64,000 bases of DNA, from assembly GCA_964252075.1 (NCBI GenBank), contig CAXULY010000002.1, positions 64,001-128,000 on the forward strand. The letters run 5' to 3'. The DNA is from an uncultured Deinococcaceae bacterium. GTDB lineage: Bacteria; Deinococcota; Deinococci; Deinococcales; Deinococcaceae. The notes beneath the pieces are model-generated. The model was not told the DNA's origin and searched no databases. It saw nothing but the letters and a program-made list of their open reading frames with translations. The position numbers were made by a program, and so were the translations under genes. Below, in pieces: positions 49,476 to 58,829 of the stretch (within the stretch, counting starts at the first letter, position 1; each line of letters starts with the position of its first letter).

Positions 49476-50567
49476 TTGACCGAGAACATCGACACGGACA
49501 CGCCCACGGGCCGCATGATGCTGACCATCCTCGCGGGCCTCGCCGAGCTGGAGGTGGAGATCACCCGCGAACGCATGGAGGCCGGGCGCCTGCAGGCCGC
49601 AAGCCAGGGCATCTTCCCCAGCAGCGACGAAGCGCTCCCGCTCGGGTACGTCCGTGGGCCTGACGGTCGGGTGATCGAACATGCGGACCACGCCGATATG
49701 GTGCGGCTGGTCTTCGAGCTGGCGCAGGGCGGGACGTCGTACATGTCGGTCGCGTCCGAGCTGACGCGCCGAGGGGTGCGGACATCCCGCGCCGCCACCT
49801 GGGGCGTCGTCCAAGTGCGGCGCGTGATCCTCACGACCACCTACTACACGGGCGTCATTCAGTACCGCTCCTCCGTTCTGGCGGACCAGCCAGATGCCTG
49901 GGTTCCCATCCCTGCGCCTGCCCTGGTCAGCGAGGGGGTGTGGCGCGGCGCACAACGGGACCGCGCGAAGAACCATGGACGCCGCAATACCGGCCGGTAC
50001 CCACTGACGGGACACCTGGAGTGCGTGTGCGGCACGCCGCTCCAGGGCAGGACGAACAAAGGCAAGCGCAACACACATGCGTCGCACCGCTACTACCGGT
50101 GCATGTACTCCAATCGACACGGCAAGCTCTGCAGCAATGGCAACCGCGAGCGGCTGTGGGACGCCGACCGCACGGAACAAAGCGCCCGCGAACAGTTGGT
50201 CGCGGCGCTGCAGGACCCGAATGCGCTCGCGGCGTACCACGCCAAGCGGCACGCCGCGGAGGACCGCTCCGCTGAACGGAAGGACATTGAGCGCAAGCAG
50301 GTGGCGCTCCTCGACCTGTATCTGGAGGGCCTCGTCGATCGGGACACGTACACAGTGCGCCGCGCACAGCTGCTGGACGCCCTGGAGGCACTGGCGCCGA
50401 AGCCCGTGCCTCTGCCCTCAACGGCGGGCCTGGACGCCCTGGTGGGCCGCGCAGCGCGCGCGGAGGGCGAAGCGCTGCACGAGCTGGCGGACCTGCTGGA
50501 CGTGGTGTACCGCATGAACCCGGATGGAACGGTCCGACTGGAGAGTATCAATGTGCCCACCCGTTGA
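49476..50567 (+). pseudogene. Large serine recombinase lacking the N-terminal catalytic region
   Basis: Homology begins at LTENIDTDTPTGRMMLTILAGLAELE; recombinase domain PLGY..YTG; zinc ribbon CVCG..YYRC..C; coiled coil; no YxRVS motif upstream. Confidence 0.85.
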
Positions 50568-50598
50568 GGTACAGCTGCACTTGCCCCTGTTCCTGACC
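50565..50598 (-). repeat. Right terminal inverted repeat (putative att arm)
   Basis: Reverse complement GGTCAGGAACAGGGGCAAGTGCAGCTGTACCTCA; begins at the recombinase stop codon. Confidence 0.75.
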
Positions 50599-50605
50599 AC
50601 CGGCC

Positions 50606-51841
50606 CTAGAATTTCGCGGTGTACCGCGTGAAGTCCCAGTTGTTCTGCGCGACGCCGCTGCAGCTCGCGGAGAGCTGGTCGGCGTTGTTCGGGCAGGCGC
50701 GGTCGCGCCCGACGGACCAGAAGGTGTACCGCCCGAGGCTCTTGCTGTGCGCGTAATCCAGCACCGCCTGGAAGTCCGCGGGGTAGAAGTGCTCGGCGGT
50801 GTCCGTGCGGCCGTTCATCATGGAGACGCCCTCGTGGCGGTACGCGGTGGCGGCGTCCCACCCGAAGGTGTTCATCAGGAGCGTGTGGAACTGCTCGAGC
50901 GCCGCGATCTGGCTGCTCGCGCCGTTGAAGCCCCCGTCGAACGGCATGATGGAGAAGTTCGCGTTTGTCACGCCGAGTCGCTTCGCGGTGTTCAGGACGT
51001 TCTGCCCGAAGTACCCGGTGCCGCTCTGCGTGCCGGGCATCGTGACGGACACGTACAGTCCGGGGTTGTTGCGCTGGAGGATGGCGATGGCGCCGACCTC
51101 GTTGTTGATGGCGGTGAGGTTCTCGTACTCGGGTTCCTCAAGGTCGAAATCCATCGCCTTGATGTTGTAGGTGGTGATGACCTGCTGGTACGCGGCGGCG
51201 GTCGCGGCGGCGTCCGCGCAGACCTGACCGAGTTTCGTGCCGCCGTACCCGCCGATGGACACGCTGACGTCTCCGCCGTTGCGGCGGACGGTGTCCATGA
51301 TGGGCCACATGATGGTGTCGGTGTTCAGGGCGCGCGTGCCGTCCCAGGTGGGTGTGCAGCCCCCGCCGTTCGGCGCGAGGATGAACGCCAGCATGAAGGT
51401 CTTCTGCCCGGTCGCGGCCATCACCTGCCCGATGTCCGGCGTGCTCTCCCCCGGCAGCACGTACGGTGCCGTCCAGTACTTCAGCCCGGTGGCGGGCGGT
51501 GGTGTGGGCGTTGGAGTCGGTGTGGGTGTCGGTGTGGGTGTCGGTGTGGGGCTGGTGCAGCTGGTGGTGATGGTCCAGGGCTGGCCGCTGCCGGCCCCGC
51601 CGTTGTGGGTGGAGGGGGTGTCGCCCTGGGTCCAGTAGTTGGCGCGGTAGGTGGTGTTGCTGTAGGTGACGGTGTCACCCTGGACGTAGACGGAGGTGGC
51701 GCTCCAGGGTTGGCACGTGACCGCCTGCGTGGTGACGGTGCTGTGGTTGGGGGTGGCGCTCTGTTCCGCGCACGCGGCGAGCAGGAGGGCGGGGAGGAGG
51801 GCGAGGGTGGCGGTGTGGAGGGTGGAACGCTGGCTGAACAT
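50606..51841 (-). CDS. GH18 chitinase lipoprotein (CBM5/12 - PT linker - GH18)
   Basis: Lipobox LAAC; WSATSVYVQGDTV..ANYWTQG; (TP)n; SIGGYGG, DFDLEE. Confidence 0.92.
   Translation of the reverse strand: MFSQRSTLHTATLALLPALLLAACAEQSATPNHSTVTTQAVTCQPWSATSVYVQGDTVTYSNTTYRANYWTQGDTPSTHNGGAGSGQPWTITTSCTSPTPTPTPTPTPTPTPTPPPATGLKYWTAPYVLPGESTPDIGQVMAATGQKTFMLAFILAPNGGGCTPTWDGTRALNTDTIMWPIMDTVRRNGGDVSVSIGGYGGTKLGQVCADAAATAAAYQQVITTYNIKAMDFDLEEPEYENLTAINNEVGAIAILQRNNPGLYVSVTMPGTQSGTGYFGQNVLNTAKRLGVTNANFSIMPFDGGFNGASSQIAALEQFHTLLMNTFGWDAATAYRHEGVSMMNGRTDTAEHFYPADFQAVLDYAHSKSLGRYTFWSVGRDRACPNNADQLSASCSGVAQNNWDFTRYTAKF
51540..51796 (-). repeat. Inverted repeat copy A (chitinase 5' block)
   Basis: About 257 bp matching 52486-52742 in inverted orientation with about 3 mismatches by eye. 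Confidence 0.9.
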
Positions 51842-51924
51842 GACGGCCTCCTGTGCTGGCGTGCTGCCCGAGGTGACGTGCCGATTCCGGTGCCGTGCTT
51901 CTGCTGGTGTGTTTGGACACGGCT

Positions 51925-51979
51925 ACAAAAACATTTTTCAATGGTGGTTGTCGATCTGAAACTGCTTTTCTGTCTAGAC
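51925..51979 (-). promoter_or_regulatory. Conserved upstream module of left chitinase
   Basis: GTCTAGACAG-N8-TTTCAG-N16-GAAAAATGTTTTTGT on minus strand. Confidence 0.7.
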
Positions 51980-52306
51980 ATTCTGACAGCAGTTACCGCT
52001 CGTTGAGTTTGGAGAACTTTGGAATTTGCTGTGCTGGCGGCGCTACAGAACGTATTCCGATTCCCTGTGGCGGCGCGTAGGGTTGCCATCGGTGAAAATA
52101 ATTCTCTACAGCGCTGAGTTCGACTCGGTAGATACGTTCATCCCTTATCCTCGCCGATAGCTGTTTGAAATAAGTTTTGGTCTTTGCGGGTCTGTCTATA
52201 GGTGCAGTCTGACACACGGTTTTTCGACCACCCGCTTGCAACGACGTGCTTTTCACTCCCTTGCACTGCAATGGTCTTGACGCCAGTCCAGATCATTGCA
52301 GCGCTC

Positions 52307-52361
52307 GTCTAGACAGGGAATGATTTTCAGCATATCAATTCAATCCGAAAAATGTTTTTGT
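52307..52361 (+). promoter_or_regulatory. Conserved upstream module of right chitinase
   Basis: GTCTAGACAG-N8-TTTCAG-N16-GAAAAATGTTTTTGT on plus strand. Confidence 0.7.
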
Positions 52362-52446
52362 GATGTCGTTCTGCAGAACACAACCGAAGGGGCGCCCACG
52401 CCCGGCCTCTCCCGTACCTTCTTCCCACAGCCGCACAGGAGAACCC

Positions 52447-53718
52447 ATGCCCGCAACGCACACCCGCTCCCTGCTCCCCCTGCTGCTCCCCGCCCTCCTG
52501 CTCGGCGCGTGCGCGGAACAGAGCGCCACCCCCAACCACAGCACCATCACCACGCAGGCGGTCACGTGCCAACCCTGGAGCGCCACCTCCGTCTACGTCC
52601 AGGGTGACACCGTCACCTACAGCAACACCACCTACCGCGCCAACTACTGGACCCAGGGCGACACCCCCTCCACCCACAACGGCGGGGCCGGCAGCGGCCA
52701 GCCCTGGACCATCACCACCAGCTGCACCAGCACCACACCGACGCCCACACCCACACCGACCCCCACGCCTACCCCGACACCCACACCACCGCCCACCGGC
52801 CTGGTGTTCGGGCCGTACAAGGACGTGACGGTCAACATGGACTGGAACACCAACGTGATGTCCACCCTCGTGACGGGCTCGCGCCAGAGCGTGCTGAACG
52901 TCCTCCCCAGCCGCGCGCGCACCGTCACGTGGTCCTTCGCGACCGGTGAGTGCGGCAGCGAAAACTGGGGCGGCATCCAGGGACAGGCCCTCGCGAACGC
53001 GAACGTGCAGGCCTTCGTGAACGCCGGGAGGACCTACATCCTCTCCACGGGCGGCGCGGCGGGCAGCTTCACGTGCGGCAGCGACGCGGGCTTCAGGACC
53101 TTCATCCAGCGGTACAACTCCGCGAACCTCCTCGGCGTGGACTTCGACATCGAGGGCGGGCAATCCGCGGACGTCATCAACAACCTCGTGCAACGCGTGA
53201 AGGCCGCGCAAGTCAGCTTCCCGAAGCTGCGCTTCAGCTTCACCATCGCCACGTTGGGCGGCAACGCCCCGCAGAGCCTCGGCGCGGTGGGCGTCACCAC
53301 CATGCAGGCCATCAAGAACGCCGGACTGCAGAACGCCATCATCAACCTGATGGTCATGGATTACGGCAGCACCAACGCGGGCAACTGCACCCTGAACGCC
53401 AGCGGCCGCTGCGACATGGGGCGCTCCGCCATTCAGGCCGCCACGAACCTGCACAACACCTACGGCGTGCCGTACAACCGCATTGAACTGACACCCATGA
53501 TCGGCGGGAACGACACGCAGGATGAGGTGTTCACCCTGAACGACGTGACGACCGTCGCGCAGTTCGCGCTGCAGAACAGCCTCGCGGGCGTGCATTACTG
53601 GTCGCTCGACCGGGACGTGGACTGCGCGGCCGGCTACGCCTCCCCCACCTGCAATTCGTACGGCCAGGCGGGCACCTGGGGCTTCACCAACCGCTTCATC
53701 ACGGACCTCGGACTGTAA
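52447..53718 (+). CDS. GH18 chitinase lipoprotein (CBM5/12 - PT linker - GH18)
   Basis: AGGAG RBS; lipobox LGAC; STGGAAG, GVDFDIEG, NLMVMDYG, HYWSLDRD. Confidence 0.92.
   Translation: MPATHTRSLLPLLLPALLLGACAEQSATPNHSTITTQAVTCQPWSATSVYVQGDTVTYSNTTYRANYWTQGDTPSTHNGGAGSGQPWTITTSCTSTTPTPTPTPTPTPTPTPTPPPTGLVFGPYKDVTVNMDWNTNVMSTLVTGSRQSVLNVLPSRARTVTWSFATGECGSENWGGIQGQALANANVQAFVNAGRTYILSTGGAAGSFTCGSDAGFRTFIQRYNSANLLGVDFDIEGGQSADVINNLVQRVKAAQVSFPKLRFSFTIATLGGNAPQSLGAVGVTTMQAIKNAGLQNAIINLMVMDYGSTNAGNCTLNASGRCDMGRSAIQAATNLHNTYGVPYNRIELTPMIGGNDTQDEVFTLNDVTTVAQFALQNSLAGVHYWSLDRDVDCAAGYASPTCNSYGQAGTWGFTNRFITDLGL
52486..52742 (+). repeat. Inverted repeat copy B (chitinase 5' block)
   Basis: Partner of 51540-51796. 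Confidence 0.9.
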
Positions 53719-54280
53719 AGCGCCAGGACTGCCGCTGGGCCGAGGGGGTGCGCCGTGCGGGGAGGCGCCGCGCGCAGCATCCACCCGGATCAGCCGAACG
53801 GCAACCAGAACCGCACGCCCCAGCACCCAGCGCATCACACCACCGGACGAGGCACCCCAACCAGGGTGCCTCCCTGGATTTGAGTCCTGAATCAGGTGCT
53901 CGCCTATGGGCCGATGTGGCGCAACGACCTGAACACGCGAGTTAACCTGCACCCCTAACTGAATGGCCGACCGATGAGACGCGCCCGGAGTGAAAAACCA
54001 CCGGGCTCGCACCTACTTCCTTAGGAATCGCTGCCCGATAAGCGGGAAGAGAGACGCACCGCACCACCTAGGCGGGTGGCGGGGACGAACACTGCTCCCT
54101 CCCCTGCTTGGTATACGTCACCACCGCCCAGGATCGCGAAGCGAAGTATTTCGCGGCGGTGCATGAAATCAAGTGAGAGGATGGACGGGAAGTTTTCCCT
54201 TCCCCCGCTTCGAGCCGCGCCTGAAGCGGCTCTGCATCCATTCAGCTCCTTCATCTCTGCGCCGCTGCACCCTCCCTGCG

Positions 54281-55549
54281 ATGCTGATCAATGCCAATCC
54301 GCCGAGTTCCTCCCGTTCCCGTCAGGCTTTCGGGCGTCGCCAGTGGCGCCACCTCATGGTCGCCCTGGATGTCCTGATGGCCCTGCTGGCCTGCAGTGCC
54401 GCCACCGCCCTCCTCGCGCCTCACCCCCTCAGCACCTTCGCCGCCACGTGGTTCGCCGCCGCGCTCGCCGCGTGGGGCCTCACCCGCTCACCCGACACGC
54501 TGCTCGTGGTGGACCTGTACAGCCGCGCGGTCCTGGCGCCCCTGATCGCCACGGCCCTCGCGCTGCTGATCGCCTGCGCGCTGCGCACCCCGTACTCACT
54601 GCATTTCGTGCTGTGGGCGGGCGTCATCTGGTCCGCCGGCCTGCTCGGCGTGCGCGCCGTGATGCGGCGCTGCGGCCCACGCGTGCGCGTGGGCCTGCTG
54701 GGCTGCGCGCCCGGCCCGATGAGCCCAAGCGTGCGGCTGCAGTACGTGTCGGTGCTCCCCGAGACCTTCGACGCGGGCGCCCTGGACCTCTTGGTCATCG
54801 ACGCGCAGGACAGCCTGAGTGAGGCGGTGCGCCCCCTCGTGACACACAGCCGCCTCGTGAACCTGCCCGTGCTGTTCACCGCGCAGCTCGACGAGGAACT
54901 GACGGGCCGCGTGAGCACCGAGTTCCTGTACGGTCAGCACCTCCAGCCGCTGCAGCTGCAGTTCGATTACCTCCCAGTGAAGCGCGCCTTCGACCTGCTG
55001 GGCAGCGTGCTGCTGCTGCCCCTCCTGCTGCCCCTGCTGCTGATCGTCGCGGCGCTCGTGCTGCTGGACGGCGGCGGCCCCGTGCTGTTCTGGCAGCAGC
55101 GGGTGGGGCAGCACGGGCGGCCGTTCCGCCTCGTGAAGTTCAGGACCATGCGCGTGGACAGCGAACGGCTCGGGTCGGCCTTCGCGCAGGTGGGCGACCC
55201 GCGCGTCACGCGGCTGGGTCACGTCCTGCGGCGCTTCCGGCTGGATGAACTGCCGCAGTTCTACAACATTCTTCGAGGTGAAATGAGCCTCATCGGGCCG
55301 CGCCCCGAGCAGCTGAGTTTCGCCGCCGATTTCGTGCGCGACATCCCGCTGTACGACCTGCGGCACTGGGTGAAGCCAGGCCTCACGGGATGGGCGCAGG
55401 TGCGCCAGGGGTACACCGCGAGCGCCGACGAAACCATGGTGAAGTTGCGGTACGACGTGTTTTACGTGAAGCACTTCTCGCCGTGGCTGGACCTGCGCAT
55501 CCTGATGCGCACGGCCCTGATCGTCTGCTCCGGCTTCGGCGCGCGCTGA
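54281..55549 (+). CDS. Priming polyprenyl-phosphate sugar-1-phosphate transferase, copy 1
   Basis: KRAFDL, KFRTM, DPRVT, RLDELPQ, EMSLIGPRP, KPGLTGWAQV; N-terminal TMs; start uncertain. Confidence 0.9.
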   Translation: MLINANPPSSSRSRQAFGRRQWRHLMVALDVLMALLACSAATALLAPHPLSTFAATWFAAALAAWGLTRSPDTLLVVDLYSRAVLAPLIATALALLIACALRTPYSLHFVLWAGVIWSAGLLGVRAVMRRCGPRVRVGLLGCAPGPMSPSVRLQYVSVLPETFDAGALDLLVIDAQDSLSEAVRPLVTHSRLVNLPVLFTAQLDEELTGRVSTEFLYGQHLQPLQLQFDYLPVKRAFDLLGSVLLLPLLLPLLLIVAALVLLDGGGPVLFWQQRVGQHGRPFRLVKFRTMRVDSERLGSAFAQVGDPRVTRLGHVLRRFRLDELPQFYNILRGEMSLIGPRPEQLSFAADFVRDIPLYDLRHWVKPGLTGWAQVRQGYTASADETMVKLRYDVFYVKHFSPWLDLRILMRTALIVCSGFGAR

Positions 55550-56176
55550 CCCGCGAGGGCGCGCCGGGCGCCCGGTACAGGGGGCGGTGCCCACGCAGAC
55601 GAATGGTGCGCCTTCACATCCGCAGGCGGCCGCCTTGGAAACTCGCCCGGTGCGTCCACACCCGATTGCGCGGCGTCCTGGCCCGCGCAATCGGGTGTTG
55701 GGTTTGTCGCCGGATTAGAAGTCAAGGATGAGCCAACGACGCAATACGGCCACCACGAGCGCGACGCGGACGCCCAAGATGACTTCACGCGGCTCAGCCT
55801 GCCCTGTGCCTGGAAGCCCTCAGCGCGCGTGGGACAGCAGGCTCCAGCACCTCATGAGCGACACACCGGAGGTGGTTGCGGCGCCTATGGCGATGGGAAA
55901 CGCCCCGTATCAACCGTTGATTGGCGCATGGGATGCGACACGCCTGCTGCACGGTCTGGCTGATCGTGGAGCATGGGCGCCTGTCCCTATGGACGGCGTC
56001 TGGAGGGTTCAGTGACATGCTGCGCAGCAGTTGGGACGAACCGGGCAGCAACTCCAACCCGGTTCGTCCCACGTGTGCGCGCGCCGCTCGGCGCCGTGCC
56101 GTTGGCTGTTCGTGTGGTTTCGCACCGGCCCTGGGCGGCGTTGGTCAGCGCGTGGCCGGGCGGGGGCGGTGGGTGA

Positions 56177-56635
56177 TCAGGCGCCGGTGGGCGTGACGGG
56201 CTTCTGCGCGATGTCCACGGCGGCGTTCGCTGCGGCGGGATTGCTGATGAAGTTGCTGAGGGTCGCTTCGTTGTTCACGGCGAGGGTCGGGTTGTTCCGC
56301 ACGAGGGCGACCGCCTGCGCTTCCGTGACGGTGCGGCCCGTGACGGATTCCAGGACGGCGCGCGTGGCGAGCACCGGGGAGACCGGCGTGTTGATCTTCG
56401 CGCGCAGTTGCAGCAGCACCGTGAGGGTGATGCGCAGGTCCCGGGCGAGGGCCGTGAGGCGCGCGACGTTCGTGCCGCGCAGGACGCTGGGGTCAACGTT
56501 GATGCCGCGCGCGCTGGCGAGCGCGCGGATCACCTCGGTGCCGGTGAGGGTGGTGGCCGCCGGTTTGCCCTGGGCGACCGCGCTGGTCAGCAGCGCGGCA
56601 CCCAGCACGGCGAAGGCCTTGTTCTTCATGTGCAT
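56177..56635 (-). CDS. Secreted hypothetical protein
   Basis: GGAGGAGG RBS; signal peptide MKNKAFAVLGAALLTSAVA. Confidence 0.75.
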   Translation of the reverse strand: MHMKNKAFAVLGAALLTSAVAQGKPAATTLTGTEVIRALASARGINVDPSVLRGTNVARLTALARDLRITLTVLLQLRAKINTPVSPVLATRAVLESVTGRTVTEAQAVALVRNNPTLAVNNEATLSNFISNPAAANAAVDIAQKPVTPTGA

Positions 56636-56783
56636 GTCAGTGTGCCTCCTCCAGCATGGTAGGGGGCATCACCATGTGCGCGTCTGTGCAAAAACTCAGC
56701 GCCTTCTCGAGAAGCTGAGGGGTTTTCGTGATTTCGGCGGTGGAAGGCGCACAGAGGCTTGGTGAAGTGTGCGGATTCCGCCG

Positions 56784-57188
56784 TTACGGTTCCGGGGAGC
56801 GCTGGTGCGCGCGGTCCTGGACCTGCAGGAGTTCCAGCGTGGTGCGCGCGGCGGGCAGGAGGGCGGCGCACTGCTCGGCCGTGAGGCGCGCGAGGTCCAG
56901 GCGGTCCGCCTGCTTCTTGAAGGTGACGAGCAGGAGGTACTCCGCGCGGTCGCGCGTGAGGGGCCGCAGGCGCAACTCCTTCGTCGGGAACTGCGGGGCG
57001 CCGTCCACGGCGGCGTAGGTGTGCCCGGAACTTGTGGTGATGGTCGTGGCGTCCCGGCGGGCGACGCGGTTGATCTTCCAGGGGCGCCCCCGCCGCTCGA
57101 CGCACACGAGGCCCCCGACGTGCAGCCCCGCCACGTCCTCCAGGTGGTTCAGCACGTCGAGGATGTTGATGGCGTCGTCCCTCGACAT
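56784..57188 (-). CDS. Hypothetical protein
   Basis: 134-aa ORF with GC3-biased codons; TACAGT-N7-ATG. Confidence 0.6.
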   Translation of the reverse strand: MSRDDAINILDVLNHLEDVAGLHVGGLVCVERRGRPWKINRVARRDATTITTSSGHTYAAVDGAPQFPTKELRLRPLTRDRAEYLLLVTFKKQADRLDLARLTAEQCAALLPAARTTLELLQVQDRAHQRSPEP

Positions 57189-57541
57189 GCCCCCGACTGT
57201 AAAGCATGTGTTTCGCGGGGCAACGTGAACAATCGGACGGTGTTCTGAGCGCGTGCGCTAGTCCAAATGAGGGTCGAACCATAAGAAGCTTGAGGAGCTG
57301 AATCGTTTCACGGGCTCAGGCTTTTCACCCTATTACGGCCTGATCCGAGAGCGTGTGGGCGGGCGTTGTGCGCGTTTGTGAAGCTCCTGGCGCGCGCGCG
57401 GTGAATTCGCGGGGTTTTTCGCAGCGCGTTTTTTGGGGCGCTGCCATACTGCCCATGTCCTTCATCCGAGCTAAAGCGCGCGCTCATCTTCTGTTCGTTC
57501 TCCTTCTCCCGCGACCCGCTTTCCACCCCAGTTGAGGACCC

Positions 57542-58807
57542 ATGACTGAAATCCCTTTTGTTCCCGTTCGCGATGCGTTCTGGCCGTCCTCGCAGCGCCA
57601 GTCGCGGCACGCGCTGCTCGCGCTGGACACCGCCATGGCGGGCGTCTCCGCCTGGGGCGCGCTCGCCGCGCTGGGCCAGCCCGCCCTTCACGCCTTCGCC
57701 GCCACGTGGTTCGCGGCGGCGCTCGCCGCGTGGGGCCTCACCCGCGTCCGCGAGTCGCTGTTCGACCTGGACGCCTACAGCCGCGCGCTGCTCGCGCCGC
57801 TCCTCACGGTGGCGCTGACGCTGCTGCTCGCGGCCGTCATGCGCACCCCGTACTCCCTGCACTTCGAGCTGCTGGCGGGCGGCATGTGGACGGCGGGCCT
57901 GCTGATCACGCGCGTCACGCTGCGCCGCATGGGGCCGCGCGTGCGCGTCGGGATGCTGAACTGCACCTCCAGAACCCTGAACGCCAGCGGGCGCGTGCAG
58001 GCCTTCCCCGTGACCGCCGAGACCTTCGACGCGGGCGCGCTGGACGTGCTGGCGCTCGCCGCGAACGACCCGCTGGACGGCGACGCGCGCCCGCTCGTCG
58101 CGCACTGCGCGCTGGTGAATATCCCGGTGCGCCTCACGGCGGAACTGGAGGAGGAACTCACCGGGAAGGTCAGCACGGAGTTCCTGCACGGGCAGCACCT
58201 AGAGCCGCTGCGCCTGACCTTCGACTACCTGCCCCTCAAGCGCGCGCTGGACCTGCTCGTGACGCTGCTGCTGCTGCCCGCGCTGCTGCCCGTGCTGCTC
58301 GTGACGGCGCTGCTGGTGCTGCTGGATGTCGGCGCGCCCGTGCTGTTCTGGCAGACGCGCGCGGGGCAGCACGGGCGGCCGTTTCGCCTCGTGAAGTTCA
58401 GGACCATGCGCGCGGACAGCGAGCGCGCCGGCGCGGCCTTCGCGCAGACCGGCGACCCGCGCGTGAGCCGCCTGGGGCGCGTGCTGCGCACCTTCCGGCT
58501 GGATGAACTGCCGCAGTTCTACAACATTGCGCGGGGCGAGATGAGCCTCATCGGGCCGCGCCCCGAGCAGCTGGGCTTCGCGCAGGATTTCGAGCGCGAC
58601 ATCCCCCTGTACGGCCTGCGGCACTGGGTCAAGCCCGGCCTGACCGGCTGGGCGCAGGTGCGTCACGGGTACGCCGCCGGGACCGCCGAAACCATGGTGA
58701 AGCTCCGCTACGACGTGTACTACGTGAAGCACCTGAGCCTGTGGCTGGACCTGCGCATCCTCATCCGCACCGCCCTCACCGTCCTGACCGGATTTGGCGC
58801 GCGCTGA
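57542..58807 (+). CDS. Priming polyprenyl-phosphate sugar-1-phosphate transferase, copy 2
   Basis: Same motifs as copy 1; first gene of the sugar-nucleotide operon. Confidence 0.92.
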   Translation: MTEIPFVPVRDAFWPSSQRQSRHALLALDTAMAGVSAWGALAALGQPALHAFAATWFAAALAAWGLTRVRESLFDLDAYSRALLAPLLTVALTLLLAAVMRTPYSLHFELLAGGMWTAGLLITRVTLRRMGPRVRVGMLNCTSRTLNASGRVQAFPVTAETFDAGALDVLALAANDPLDGDARPLVAHCALVNIPVRLTAELEEELTGKVSTEFLHGQHLEPLRLTFDYLPLKRALDLLVTLLLLPALLPVLLVTALLVLLDVGAPVLFWQTRAGQHGRPFRLVKFRTMRADSERAGAAFAQTGDPRVSRLGRVLRTFRLDELPQFYNIARGEMSLIGPRPEQLGFAQDFERDIPLYGLRHWVKPGLTGWAQVRHGYAAGTAETMVKLRYDVYYVKHLSLWLDLRILIRTALTVLTGFGAR

Positions 58808-58829
58808 CGCCGCGCCAGAGGAGAACACC

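Larger units (their letters stand above)
41288..50598. mobile_element. Defective serine-integrase prophage-like element (~9.3 kb)
   Basis: 34-bp imperfect terminal inverted repeats; truncated large serine recombinase at the right end; tail-fibre-like and holin-like genes; low-GC cargo; two frameshifted genes. Confidence 0.8.

Noticed and set aside
51499..51550. GGTGTG/GGTGTC tandem repeats (also about 52732-52795)
   Set aside because: Encode Thr-Pro linkers of the chitinases
49476..52742. Recombinase acting as invertase for the chitinase inverted repeat (shufflon)
   Set aside because: Enzyme is an integrase-type protein without its catalytic domain and has its own candidate att arms; 257-bp repeats fit homologous recombination better
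54069..54082. AGGCGGGTGGCG resembling an ops/JUMPstart element before the polysaccharide cluster
   Set aside because: Poor match to GGCGGTAG and expected by chance at this GC content
53720..54280. Possible riboswitch or sRNA in the long gap before the sugar transferase
   Set aside because: Only short hairpins seen and no family consensus recognised by eye; an Rfam scan would be needed
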